Origin: Geopsychrobacter sp.
GTDB lineage: Bacteria; Desulfobacterota; Desulfuromonadia; Desulfuromonadales; Geopsychrobacteraceae
Direction of reading: 5' to 3'
Assembly: GCA_012974425.1 (NCBI GenBank)
Contig: JAAXQE010000095.1
Coordinates: 519 to 64,518 of the forward strand
Length of the DNA stretch: 64,000 bases
Shown: piece by piece, positions 9,889-18,752 of the stretch
How positions within the stretch are numbered: position 1 is the first letter of the stretch
Layout of the letters: each line of letters opens with the position of its first letter
Position numbers and translations under genes: made by a program
Notes under the pieces: model-generated
Told to the model about the DNA's origin: nothing
Databases searched by the model: none
Seen by the model: only the letters and a program-made list of their open reading frames with translations

Positions 9889-10518
9889 ATGAGCGAAATT
9901 AGCTTGCAGATTGATGGAAAAGAAGTTGCAGTATCAGAGGGAACGACCATTCTCGAGGCAGCACGCAGCCTGGGAATTGAGATTCCAACCGTGTGTGATC
10001 ACGCGCAATTGTCTCCTTACGGAGCTTGCCGGATTTGCACGGTTGAGGCGGATGCTAACGGTCGCACGAATCTCGTCGCCTCCTGTCAATACCCGGTAGA
10101 AAAGGACATGGTGGTCAGGACGAAGACCGAACAGATCGACAAAATCCGTAAGGTGCTGTTGGAGCAGATGCTCTCTCACGCCCCCGATTCAGAACAACTC
10201 GTGGCGTTGGGTCAGATCTATGGCGCGGACCGGGATCGTTTTGAAAAAGAGTCTTCGTTCTGTATTCTCTGTGGTCTCTGTGTAAGATACTGCGCCGAGG
10301 TCAAGAAGAAGGATGCGATCAGCTTTTTCGACCGGGGCGCGAAACGTGAAATCGCTTTTTTGCCCGAGATTGCCATGCAGGAATGCTGGGACTGCAAAGA
10401 ATGTTTTCCACTCTGTCCCACTTCGGCCCTGCAGGCTGCCTATGTCCTGACCGAGGCACTAATGACGCCTTCGGTTGTACCCACCCCGTCATGCGGTGGA
10501 AGTTGTGGTTGTAAGTAG
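9889..10518 (+). CDS. bamI: NuoG/FdhA N-terminal-like Fe-S subunit
   Basis: IPTVC...GACRIC...ASC [2Fe-2S] motif, plus CILCGLCVRYC and CWDCKECFPLCP. Confidence 0.88.
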   Translation: MSEISLQIDGKEVAVSEGTTILEAARSLGIEIPTVCDHAQLSPYGACRICTVEADANGRTNLVASCQYPVEKDMVVRTKTEQIDKIRKVLLEQMLSHAPDSEQLVALGQIYGADRDRFEKESSFCILCGLCVRYCAEVKKKDAISFFDRGAKREIAFLPEIAMQECWDCKECFPLCPTSALQAAYVLTEALMTPSVVPTPSCGGSCGCK

Positions 10519-10561
10519 TCAGTTGGTGGTTAATGCTGCTGCGGAGCAGAATAGGGTAACG

Positions 10562-11335
10562 ATGGGAACAGAGGGCGCACGAAAAGTTGTCCGGGTCGTA
10601 CAGGGACTGGCCGAGCAGGTCGAGCGCAAGGTGGTGGAGGAATATCCGCTGCGTTTGCGGGTCAACGGTTGCGATCTGGTGACCCTGGTCTGTTCCTCGC
10701 ACCAGCTCAATTTTTTGCTGGCCGGTTTTTTCCGCCTGCAGGGATTTATTGACAGCCTTGACGATATTCTCTCGATGGGGGTGTGCAGCGAATATGGATT
10801 GGCCGATCTGCACCTCCGGTCTGAATTGCCGGAACGGTTGCAACCGACCCTGACTTCCGGTTGCGGGACCGGAATTACCTACAATTTGCCGCAAACCTTT
10901 CTCGAGACTGACCGATTTCATTTGCGCCGCTATCGCAGTGAAGAACTGTTCGGCTTAATGAAAGAGTTGCACGGCGAGGCGGAGAAGTACCGCAGTCATG
11001 GCGGGATTCATTCTGCGGCCATTGGTGACTCGACCGGTCTGTTGCTCTACGCCGAGGATATCGGTCGCCACAATACCCTCGACCGGCTGGCAGGCGAAGC
11101 GCTGTTTCGGCAGATTGACCTGCAGGACAAGATGCTGGTGACCTCCGGGCGCGTTTCTACCGAGATGGTTGCCAAGGCGGCGCGACTCGGGATCGGCTTG
11201 ATCGCCTCACGTACCTCACCAACCGGTGAAGCCATCGATCTCTGTGAACAGGCCGGAATCACCATGGTCGGTTATCTGCGTGGCAACAGTATGGAAATCT
11301 ACAGCCATGACGAACAGCTGTTGTTGCCGGGCTGA
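10562..11335 (+). CDS. fdhD: FdhD/NarQ-family sulfurtransferase (Mo/W cofactor maturation)
   Basis: TSGCG, GGIHSAA, EDIGRHNTLDRLAG and TSGRVSTEMV motifs. Start moved to ATG 10562 because the ORF-track start at 10475 overlaps bamI. Confidence 0.9.
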   Translation: MGTEGARKVVRVVQGLAEQVERKVVEEYPLRLRVNGCDLVTLVCSSHQLNFLLAGFFRLQGFIDSLDDILSMGVCSEYGLADLHLRSELPERLQPTLTSGCGTGITYNLPQTFLETDRFHLRRYRSEELFGLMKELHGEAEKYRSHGGIHSAAIGDSTGLLLYAEDIGRHNTLDRLAGEALFRQIDLQDKMLVTSGRVSTEMVAKAARLGIGLIASRTSPTGEAIDLCEQAGITMVGYLRGNSMEIYSHDEQLLLPG

Positions 11336-11337
11336 CA

Positions 11338-11502
11338 CTAGTGTCCCGTTTGGTTAATCGTGTCAATTAATTTTGAGGCATTTTGGTTGCGGTCAAGGCG
11401 TGCCGACGCAGGACTGGCCTGAGCTAAGCCGAGAAGGCAGAACGCAGACCGCGATCAAAAGGGCCATAATTTGCGGACAGGCTTAACCGCACGGGGCACT
11501 AG
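11338..11502. mobile_element. 165-bp MITE-like non-autonomous element
   Basis: Ends CTAGTGTCCCGTTTGGTTAA and TTAACCGCACGGGGCACTAG are 17/20 reverse-complementary, with CTAG at both ends. Internal inverted repeat TTTTGGTTGCGGTC / GACCGCGATCAAAA. No transposase. Confidence 0.7.
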
Positions 11503-11578
11503 CTGTATGCCCGGCAATACGCCTGATTCGCTCGGTAGGTAATCTTCCCGATCCACAGAAAAATACAGGAGTCATCCG

Positions 11579-12706
11579 ATGGAAGCATACAGAGGATTCG
11601 AACAGGGGCCGATCAGGCCGCCGAGCGAGGCCGACAGTCTGCTGCTGCGCCTGACCCGCAACTGCCCCTGGAACCGCTGTTCTTTCTGTTCCGTCTACAA
11701 AAAACAAAAATTCTCTCTTCGTCCGGTTGAAGATATCATCCGCGATATCGACAGCATTCATGCGCAGACCTGCGAATTACAGCAGGGCGGTACGCTCGCA
11801 ATAAGGAAATTGAGCCCGGAAGATGAGTCTGCCAGGCACGCCGCACGCAGTTGGCTGGCGCAAGGGATGACCTCGGTCTTTTTACAGGATGCCGACAGTC
11901 TGGTGCTGAAACCGGAGCAAACGATCCGTATTTTGCAGCATATCCGCAAGCGCTTTCCTTCCGTGCAGCGGATTACATCCTACGGCCGCTCGCACACAAT
12001 TGCCCGCATCAGTGACAGCCAGTTGCAGGAAATGGCCGACGCCGGTCTGAATCGAATTCATATCGGCATGGAGACCGCCTGCGACCAGCTTCTGGATATG
12101 GTTCGCAAGGGGGCCAGCAAGGATATCCATATCAAGGCCGGCATCAAAACCAGACAGGCCGGGATCGAGCTGTCCGAGTATGTCCTGACCGGAATCGGTG
12201 GCGAGGAATTCTCGCAGCAGCACGCTATCGAAACCGCTGACGCCATCAACCAGATTAATCCCGACTTTATCCGTTTCAGGACGTTGCATATCCGTGACAG
12301 CCTGAACCTGTTTGAAAACTCGGATGAGTTTGCCTGGCAGCGTCCGACCGACCTGACGATTGCGCGGGAGGTTTTGCTGTTCATTGAAAACCTGGACAAC
12401 ATCACCAGCTGCGTCAAAAGCGATCACATGTACAACCTTTTTCAGGAGATCGACGGGATCCTGCCGCAGGACAAGCAGCGACTGATGGAAGTGTTGCAGG
12501 CCTTCATCGAGATGGATCCTGAAAAGCAGGCCTGTTTCCAGCTCGGCAAACGGCTTGGCCACTTTTATAAATTTTCTGATATGGACATCCCCGGCCGCCT
12601 GACGCGGGTTCAGACGGTCTGCGCTGAAGTCGGAATGACACCTGCAAATGTCGATGCAAAGATCAATACTTTGATTCAGAAATGGATGCGCGAGGGGATG
12701 TGGTGA
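11579..12706 (+). CDS. Radical SAM protein of unknown function
   Basis: CPWNRCSFC (CxxxCxxC), VFLQDAD and RIHIGMET motifs. Confidence 0.85.
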   Translation: MEAYRGFEQGPIRPPSEADSLLLRLTRNCPWNRCSFCSVYKKQKFSLRPVEDIIRDIDSIHAQTCELQQGGTLAIRKLSPEDESARHAARSWLAQGMTSVFLQDADSLVLKPEQTIRILQHIRKRFPSVQRITSYGRSHTIARISDSQLQEMADAGLNRIHIGMETACDQLLDMVRKGASKDIHIKAGIKTRQAGIELSEYVLTGIGGEEFSQQHAIETADAINQINPDFIRFRTLHIRDSLNLFENSDEFAWQRPTDLTIAREVLLFIENLDNITSCVKSDHMYNLFQEIDGILPQDKQRLMEVLQAFIEMDPEKQACFQLGKRLGHFYKFSDMDIPGRLTRVQTVCAEVGMTPANVDAKINTLIQKWMREGMW

Positions 12707-12865
12707 GGAGCAATCGACAAGACCAAATGGTGCTGTCGCTGAAATTGCCGGCGGAGGTCCAAGCCAAAGTGTTTTCGACGAATCCTCGCAGTTTTTTGGG
12801 TTTGACATAAGGTCGTATTTTATTCGGGATGTATTTTTAACGTCTTGCAAAGGCAGGGACATTTT

Positions 12866-13294
12866 ATGAAAGATCGTAAAGTACTGGTTCCCCTCGACGA
12901 TTCGCCTATCTCGCATCAAACCATAAAGAATCTGATTGAATTAAAGGAGAATATCACTCTTCCCTTAACCCTGCTGCATGTCCTGGATTTTAGCAGGGTT
13001 TCCTATCGCGGTTTAGGCCAGGCTTCGTTTGAAAAAATCGAGGACAATGCCAGACAGACTGCCAGACAATTTATTGCCGCGCGACAACAGAAGTTTGCCG
13101 AAGCGGGAATCAAGGTTGAGACGTTGGTCAGGGAAGGGCGTGCCCGCGAAACGATCTGTGCGGTTGCTGATAGCGGAGAATACGATCTGCTGATCATCGG
13201 CAAGCAGGTGGAGAGTGAATTGCGCAATCTGCTTTTTGATCAGGTGGCCAATTATATCGTCCACCATGTCAAGTGCCCGGTCATGATCGTTTAG
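12866..13294 (+). CDS. Universal stress protein (UspA family)
   Basis: KVLVPLDDS...LLHV...DLLIIG...VANYIVHHVKCPVMIV pattern; ATG 12866 chosen as start. Confidence 0.88.
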   Translation: MKDRKVLVPLDDSPISHQTIKNLIELKENITLPLTLLHVLDFSRVSYRGLGQASFEKIEDNARQTARQFIAARQQKFAEAGIKVETLVREGRARETICAVADSGEYDLLIIGKQVESELRNLLFDQVANYIVHHVKCPVMIV

Positions 13295-13369
13295 TCTTTT
13301 CGTGAAATTTCTGACTGGCGAGACAGGCCGTGCCACGGCATGAACCTTTCGACAAAGGACCTGAATGTC

Positions 13370-15139
13370 ATGACTGAAAATCTGCTTAAAGGAGGCGAGT
13401 TTCTTCTGACTGAAGCTGTAGGGATGGGTCTGTTTACCCCGGAGGATTTTACTTCGGAGCAACGGCAGATTGCCGAGACGACTGAATCCTTCGTCGAAAA
13501 CGAAATCTTTCCTGACCTGGAGCGGATGGAGAAGCAGGATTTCGCGTTGGTTGTCGAAAAATTGCGCGGATGTGCCGAGCTGGGACTGTTTCTGGTCGAT
13601 ATCCCGGAGGAGTTTGGCGGACTGGAACTGGACAAGGTGACCAGTATGCTGATTGCCGAAAAGTTGGGCCCGAGTGGCTCCTTTGCGATCAGCTGTACCG
13701 GGCAAACCGGTATCGGTTCCCTGCCACTGGTCTATTACGGAACCGCCGAACAGAAAGAAAGGTACCTTGCCAAACTGACCAGCGGTGAATGGATTGGTGC
13801 CTACTGCCTGACGGAACCGGATTGTGGCAGCGATCCATTAAGTGCCCGGACCACCGCGACCCTCGCGCCCGACGGCTCCTTTTATCTGCTTAACGGTGTT
13901 AAACAGTTTATCACCAATGCCGCATTCGCCGAGCTGTTTACTGTTTTTGCCAAGATTGACGGACAGCATTTTTCTGCCTTTCTGGTCGAGAGGAGCATGG
14001 CCGGTCTCTCCATCGGCAACGAAGAGAAGAAGATGGGACTCAAGGGAACCTCAACCGCTCAGGTAATACTTGAAAATGTTCGCGTGCCGGTGGAAAACCT
14101 GCTTGGTGAAGCGGGGAAAGGGCACAAGATTGCCTTCAATGTTCTCAATATCGGTCGTTTGAAGCTTTCCGCAACCGTCACCGGTGCGGCCAAGGGGGCG
14201 TTTGCTGAGGCGGCAAGTTATGCCGTCGAGCGTAAGCAATTTGGTCAGCCTCTGGCAGATTTTGGTGCCATGCGCGAGAAACTGGCGGACATGACCGGAG
14301 TGCTGTTTGCCTCAGAGTCGGTTCTTTATCGGGTCGCCGGCCTGCTGGATGAGCGGATTGCGACCCTCGATCGCACTGGTGGTGATTACTCCGAACGTTA
14401 TCAGAAGGCGATTGAGGAATATGCCGGTGAGTGTGCCATCGCCAAGGTTTTTTGCACGGAGGGACTGGCCCGGGTGACTGACGAAGCGTTGCAGATTCAC
14501 GGCGGATACGGCTATATCAAGGAATACCCGATTGAACGTTACTATCGTGATGAGCGGATCAACCGAATTTTCGAAGGCACCAACGAAATTAACCGGCTGC
14601 TGATCCCGACCCTGCTGTTGCGTCGGGCAGACAACGGCGGGCTTGATCTTTGGGATCAGGTTCGAAATGCCGGTGTGCAATTGCATGGCGAAGGGATTGA
14701 GGAAGCCGAAGGAACAGCGGTTTTCGGTGAGGAATATTACCTGCTGGGCAGGTTGAAAAAGATCTTTTTATTGCTTGTCGGACATGTCGAGGCGCAGCGG
14801 GAAGAGCAGGAGATATTACTGGCACTGGGTGATATGGCGATCGGCATCTTTGCCATGGAGAGCGCACTGTTACGCGCCGACCGGGGACAAATCGATGCCA
14901 GCGAGCGGAAACAGTTTCTGTTGAAAGCAGTGGCGCGGGTGGTCGCGTTCGAGCAGGCAACGCAAATCCAGACAGCCGCCAACCGTTGCGCTGTCTACGG
15001 AATTCAGGGGCCAGACCTGCTTGCCATACAGAAAATAATCGCCAGGTTAGCGGCCTATCCCGTCATCGGACTCTTGCAAGCCAAGCAGCAACTGGCTTCT
15101 GCTGCGGCCGAGTCGGCAGCCTATCCATTTTCAAATTGA
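13370..15139 (+). CDS. Long (about 590 aa) acyl-CoA dehydrogenase with C-terminal extension
   Basis: CLTEPDCGSD, GVKQFITNA, RKQFGQPL and RIFEGTNEINR (catalytic Glu) motifs; start at MTENLLKGGEFL. Confidence 0.9.
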   Translation: MTENLLKGGEFLLTEAVGMGLFTPEDFTSEQRQIAETTESFVENEIFPDLERMEKQDFALVVEKLRGCAELGLFLVDIPEEFGGLELDKVTSMLIAEKLGPSGSFAISCTGQTGIGSLPLVYYGTAEQKERYLAKLTSGEWIGAYCLTEPDCGSDPLSARTTATLAPDGSFYLLNGVKQFITNAAFAELFTVFAKIDGQHFSAFLVERSMAGLSIGNEEKKMGLKGTSTAQVILENVRVPVENLLGEAGKGHKIAFNVLNIGRLKLSATVTGAAKGAFAEAASYAVERKQFGQPLADFGAMREKLADMTGVLFASESVLYRVAGLLDERIATLDRTGGDYSERYQKAIEEYAGECAIAKVFCTEGLARVTDEALQIHGGYGYIKEYPIERYYRDERINRIFEGTNEINRLLIPTLLLRRADNGGLDLWDQVRNAGVQLHGEGIEEAEGTAVFGEEYYLLGRLKKIFLLLVGHVEAQREEQEILLALGDMAIGIFAMESALLRADRGQIDASERKQFLLKAVARVVAFEQATQIQTAANRCAVYGIQGPDLLAIQKIIARLAAYPVIGLLQAKQQLASAAAESAAYPFSN

Positions 15140-15178
15140 TCAGAATTCTATTCCTTTGTTGAGAGCAGGAGGTCAACC

Positions 15179-17023
15179 ATGAACCCAGCCGAATTTGCTG
15201 CTGTCGATTTTGCTCCGCCCCGTATCTCTATCGAGGGATCTCCCGAGACCGGATATATCTTTACCTCCGCGGCAAGCCTGCAACCGTACGACGAGAATCT
15301 TGGCCAGATGTTACGACACTGGACCGAGCAGTCCCCTGAACGGATGTTTCTTGCTGAGCGAACGGCTGAAGGCGACTGGCGGCGGTTGACTTATGCTGCG
15401 GCGAATCAGCAAGCGAATGCTATTGCCCAGGCTCTGCTTGATAGGCGACTGGGACCCTATCGACCGGTGATGATCCTCTCCGGTAATTCTATCGATCATG
15501 CCCTGCTGATGCTTGGCTGCTTTATCGCCGGTGTCCCGGTGGTACCGGTTTCAGTTCCTTATTCGTTGCTTAGCAAGGACCACCTCAAGCTGCGTTTTAT
15601 CTTTGAAGAGATCTGTCCGGGACTGATTTATGTTGCCGATGCCGATCTGTTTGCCGCACCGCTGGCCAGTCTTGATCTCGCCGGGGTTGAGGTGGTGGCT
15701 GGCAGCGGGGAGCAGAAGAATATTCCGACGACGGCTTTTGCTTCGCTGCTTGAGACCCCGGTCACCGCAGCGGTTGACCTGTCCCTTGGGCAGGTCGGAG
15801 CGGAAACGGTTGCCAAAATCCTTTATACCTCCGGGTCGACCGGGCAACCCAAAGGGGTTATCAATACCCACGGAATGCTGTGTGCCAACCAGCAGATGCT
15901 CGCCCAGGTCTGGCCGTTCGCCAGACAGACACCACCGGTGCTGGTTGACTGGTTACCCTGGAACCATACCTTCGGCGGGAACCACAATTTCAACCTGGTG
16001 CTCAAACAGGGTGGAACCCTCTATATCGACGGTGGCAAACCGGCACCGGGGCTGGTGGATCATACGGTGAAAAACCTGGCCGAAATTTCACCGACCATTT
16101 ATTTTAACGTCCCGGTTGGCTATGCCATGCTGCTGCCGCATCTCGAACAGGATGAAGCACTGCGGCATAATTTTTTTAGAAATCTGCAGCTGATCTTCTA
16201 TGCCGGGGCAGCCCTGCCGCAGGATTTGTGGGAAAGGCTGGAACTGGTCGCTGTGCAGGCCACCGGCAAAAAAGTGCTGATGACCTCTTCCTGGGGAGCG
16301 ACCGAAACCTCACCACTGGCGACCGCTTCCCACTTCCCACTGGAAAAGGCCGGCGTTATCGGCATCCCCTGTCCCGGGGTGTCGTTGAAGATGCTGCCGA
16401 ATGGCGACAGCTATGAACTGCGCGTCAAGGGCCCGAACGTGACACCGGGCTATTTTCGTCGCCCTGATCTGACCGCGGCCGCTTTCGATGAGGACGGCTA
16501 CTACCTGATCGGCGATGCCGGTCGCTTTGTCGATGCTGAGGACCCGGGCAAAGGAATCTCTTTTGCTGGCCGAGTGGCAGAGGATTTCAAATTAACCAGC
16601 GGTACCTGGGTTCGGGTCGGGTTGTTGCGGGTAGAGGTGTTGGCCGCAGCCGCGCCAATATTGCAGTTTGCCCTGGTCACCGGGCATGACCGGGAAGAGG
16701 TTGGTATCCTTGGCTGGCCGAACCTCGCTGCTTGCAGGAGGCTCTGTGCCGACCTTGATGAAAGTGCTTCGGCAGAGGTCCTGGTACAGCAGCCCGAGGT
16801 GGCAGCGGCGTTGCGACAATCCTTGACGGCATTCAATGCCATGCAGCAGGGCTCCTCGACCCGGATAGGGCGGATTATGCTGATGACCGAGCTACCGGAC
16901 AGCGATGCGGGCGAGATTACTGACAAGGGCTATATCAACCAGCGCACGGCGTTACAGCGACGGCAGGAACTGGTAGAGAAACTGTATGCTGAGCCTGCCG
17001 GAGTCGGCGTCATTGTCCTTTGA
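15179..17023 (+). CDS. Feruloyl-CoA synthetase-like AMP-forming acyl-CoA ligase
   Basis: TSGSTGQPKGVINTHGMLCANQQM, DWLPWNHTFGGNHNF, WGATETSP and GEITDKGYINQR are characteristic of the Fcs family. Confidence 0.85.
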   Translation: MNPAEFAAVDFAPPRISIEGSPETGYIFTSAASLQPYDENLGQMLRHWTEQSPERMFLAERTAEGDWRRLTYAAANQQANAIAQALLDRRLGPYRPVMILSGNSIDHALLMLGCFIAGVPVVPVSVPYSLLSKDHLKLRFIFEEICPGLIYVADADLFAAPLASLDLAGVEVVAGSGEQKNIPTTAFASLLETPVTAAVDLSLGQVGAETVAKILYTSGSTGQPKGVINTHGMLCANQQMLAQVWPFARQTPPVLVDWLPWNHTFGGNHNFNLVLKQGGTLYIDGGKPAPGLVDHTVKNLAEISPTIYFNVPVGYAMLLPHLEQDEALRHNFFRNLQLIFYAGAALPQDLWERLELVAVQATGKKVLMTSSWGATETSPLATASHFPLEKAGVIGIPCPGVSLKMLPNGDSYELRVKGPNVTPGYFRRPDLTAAAFDEDGYYLIGDAGRFVDAEDPGKGISFAGRVAEDFKLTSGTWVRVGLLRVEVLAAAAPILQFALVTGHDREEVGILGWPNLAACRRLCADLDESASAEVLVQQPEVAAALRQSLTAFNAMQQGSSTRIGRIMLMTELPDSDAGEITDKGYINQRTALQRRQELVEKLYAEPAGVGVIVL

Positions 17024-17041
17024 GAGAGGAGCAAGCGTTGC

Positions 17042-17821
17042 GTGCAGCAGTCGAGCGGATTTTTTAATATCGATGGTGTTTCGCTTGAATATCAGCTGTT
17101 CAAGCCAGCACAAAGCCTTGATCTGACCCTGGTTTTGCTGCATGAAGGGCTTGGTTGCGTCGCCATGTGGAAGGACTTTCCGCAGCAGCTGGCCCGGAAG
17201 ACCGGCTGCCGGGTTTTGACTTACAGCCGGTCAGGCTACGGCGGTTCAGACCCCTGTGCTTTGCCACGACCACTTTTATTCATGCACGATGAGGGGTTGC
17301 GGGTTCTGCCGAAAGTTCTGACGGCAGCAAACATTAAAAACGCTATCCTGGTTGGGCACAGCGACGGTGCTTCAATTGCCCTGATTGGCGCGGGCGGGCG
17401 AGACGAGCGTATTTTGGGAGTGGTCCTGATGGCCCCTCATGTATTTGTTGAGGAACTCACCCTGACCAGTATTCATGCCGCAACAACCACATACCGCAGC
17501 TCCGGTTTGCGTGAGCGACTGGCCCGCTATCACGGCGACAACGTGGACTGTGCTTTTCTCGGCTGGAGCCAGGTTTGGCTTGATCAGGATTTTCAGGACT
17601 GGACTCTTGACGCGGAACTGGCGAAGATTGAAGTCCCGGTTTTGTTGCTCCAGGGGGAGCAGGATAACTATGGAACAATCCGTCAGCTGGAAACAATCGC
17701 TGGCCAGCTAACCGATTTGACAGAAACAATTTTTCTACCCGACTGCGGTCACTCTGTCTTTCGTGACCAGCCGACGGTGACATTGCACGCGATAACAGAT
17801 TTTTTGCAGAGGCTCTATTAG
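17042..17821 (+). CDS. Alpha/beta-hydrolase
   Basis: LHEGLGCVAMWKDFP, nucleophile elbow GHSDG and C-terminal CGH. Confidence 0.85.
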   Translation: MQQSSGFFNIDGVSLEYQLFKPAQSLDLTLVLLHEGLGCVAMWKDFPQQLARKTGCRVLTYSRSGYGGSDPCALPRPLLFMHDEGLRVLPKVLTAANIKNAILVGHSDGASIALIGAGGRDERILGVVLMAPHVFVEELTLTSIHAATTTYRSSGLRERLARYHGDNVDCAFLGWSQVWLDQDFQDWTLDAELAKIEVPVLLLQGEQDNYGTIRQLETIAGQLTDLTETIFLPDCGHSVFRDQPTVTLHAITDFLQRLY

Positions 17822-17898
17822 TTTGCCTCAGGCGCAAGCCGAACCCATTGGCTTGGTAACAGGATGAATAACACCACCGATTGCAGGGTATGAAAACG

Positions 17899-18741
17899 AT
17901 GAAATTTAACGGAACCGATTCTTATGTCGCAACAGCTGATCTGAACCTGGCAGTCAATGCCGCTATTACACTTGGGCGCCCCCTGCTGATCAAGGGAGAG
18001 CCTGGTACCGGCAAGACGATGCTGGCTGAAGAGGTGGCGAAAAGCCTCGATATGCCGCTGTTTCAGTGGCATGTCAAATCGACCACCAAGGCTAATCAGG
18101 GCCTGTATGAATATGATGCCGTTTCCCGTCTGCGCGATTCGCAGCTCGGTGATGAGCGGGTGCATGATATTGGTAATTATATCCTCAAAGGCAAGCTGTG
18201 GGAGGCCTTCGAGTCGGAGCAGCGGGCGGTGCTGCTGATCGATGAAATCGACAAAGCCGACATTGAGTTTCCCAACGACCTGTTGCAGGAACTCGACCGG
18301 ATGGAGTTCTATGTCTATGAGACCCGGCAGCTGATTAAGGCCAGACACCGGCCGGTGATTATCATCACCAGCAACAATGAGAAGGAGCTGCCCGATGCCT
18401 TTTTGCGTCGCTGCTTTTTCCACTATATTCGCTTCCCCGAGGCTGACACCATGGCGCAGATCGTTGATGTGCACTACCCCGGCATCAAGCAATCATTGCT
18501 CAAGGGTGCGCTGGAAACTTTCTTCGGCATGCGTGACGTGCCCGGTTTGAAGAAGAAGCCTTCGACCTCCGAACTGCTTGACTGGCTCAAGCTGCTGGTG
18601 GCTGAAGAGATCCCGGCTGAAGCCCTGCACAGCAAGCAGCCAGGCAAGTCGATCCCACCGCTGCACGGCGCGTTGCTGAAGAATGAGCAGGATCTTGGGT
18701 TGTTCGAACGGCTGGTCGGCATGACCCGACGTGGTAGATAA
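17899..18741 (+). CDS. MoxR-family AAA+ ATPase
   Basis: Walker A GEPGTGKT, Walker B LLIDEIDKAD and ELPDAFLRRC. Start could be 17890 or 17899. Confidence 0.9.
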   Translation: MKFNGTDSYVATADLNLAVNAAITLGRPLLIKGEPGTGKTMLAEEVAKSLDMPLFQWHVKSTTKANQGLYEYDAVSRLRDSQLGDERVHDIGNYILKGKLWEAFESEQRAVLLIDEIDKADIEFPNDLLQELDRMEFYVYETRQLIKARHRPVIIITSNNEKELPDAFLRRCFFHYIRFPEADTMAQIVDVHYPGIKQSLLKGALETFFGMRDVPGLKKKPSTSELLDWLKLLVAEEIPAEALHSKQPGKSIPPLHGALLKNEQDLGLFERLVGMTRRGR

Positions 18742-18752
18742 GGTCCGCACCT

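Noticed and set aside
10475-10561. N-terminal 29 aa of the fdhD ORF
   Set aside because: Overlaps the bamI end and has no FdhD similarity; ATG 10562 is preferred.
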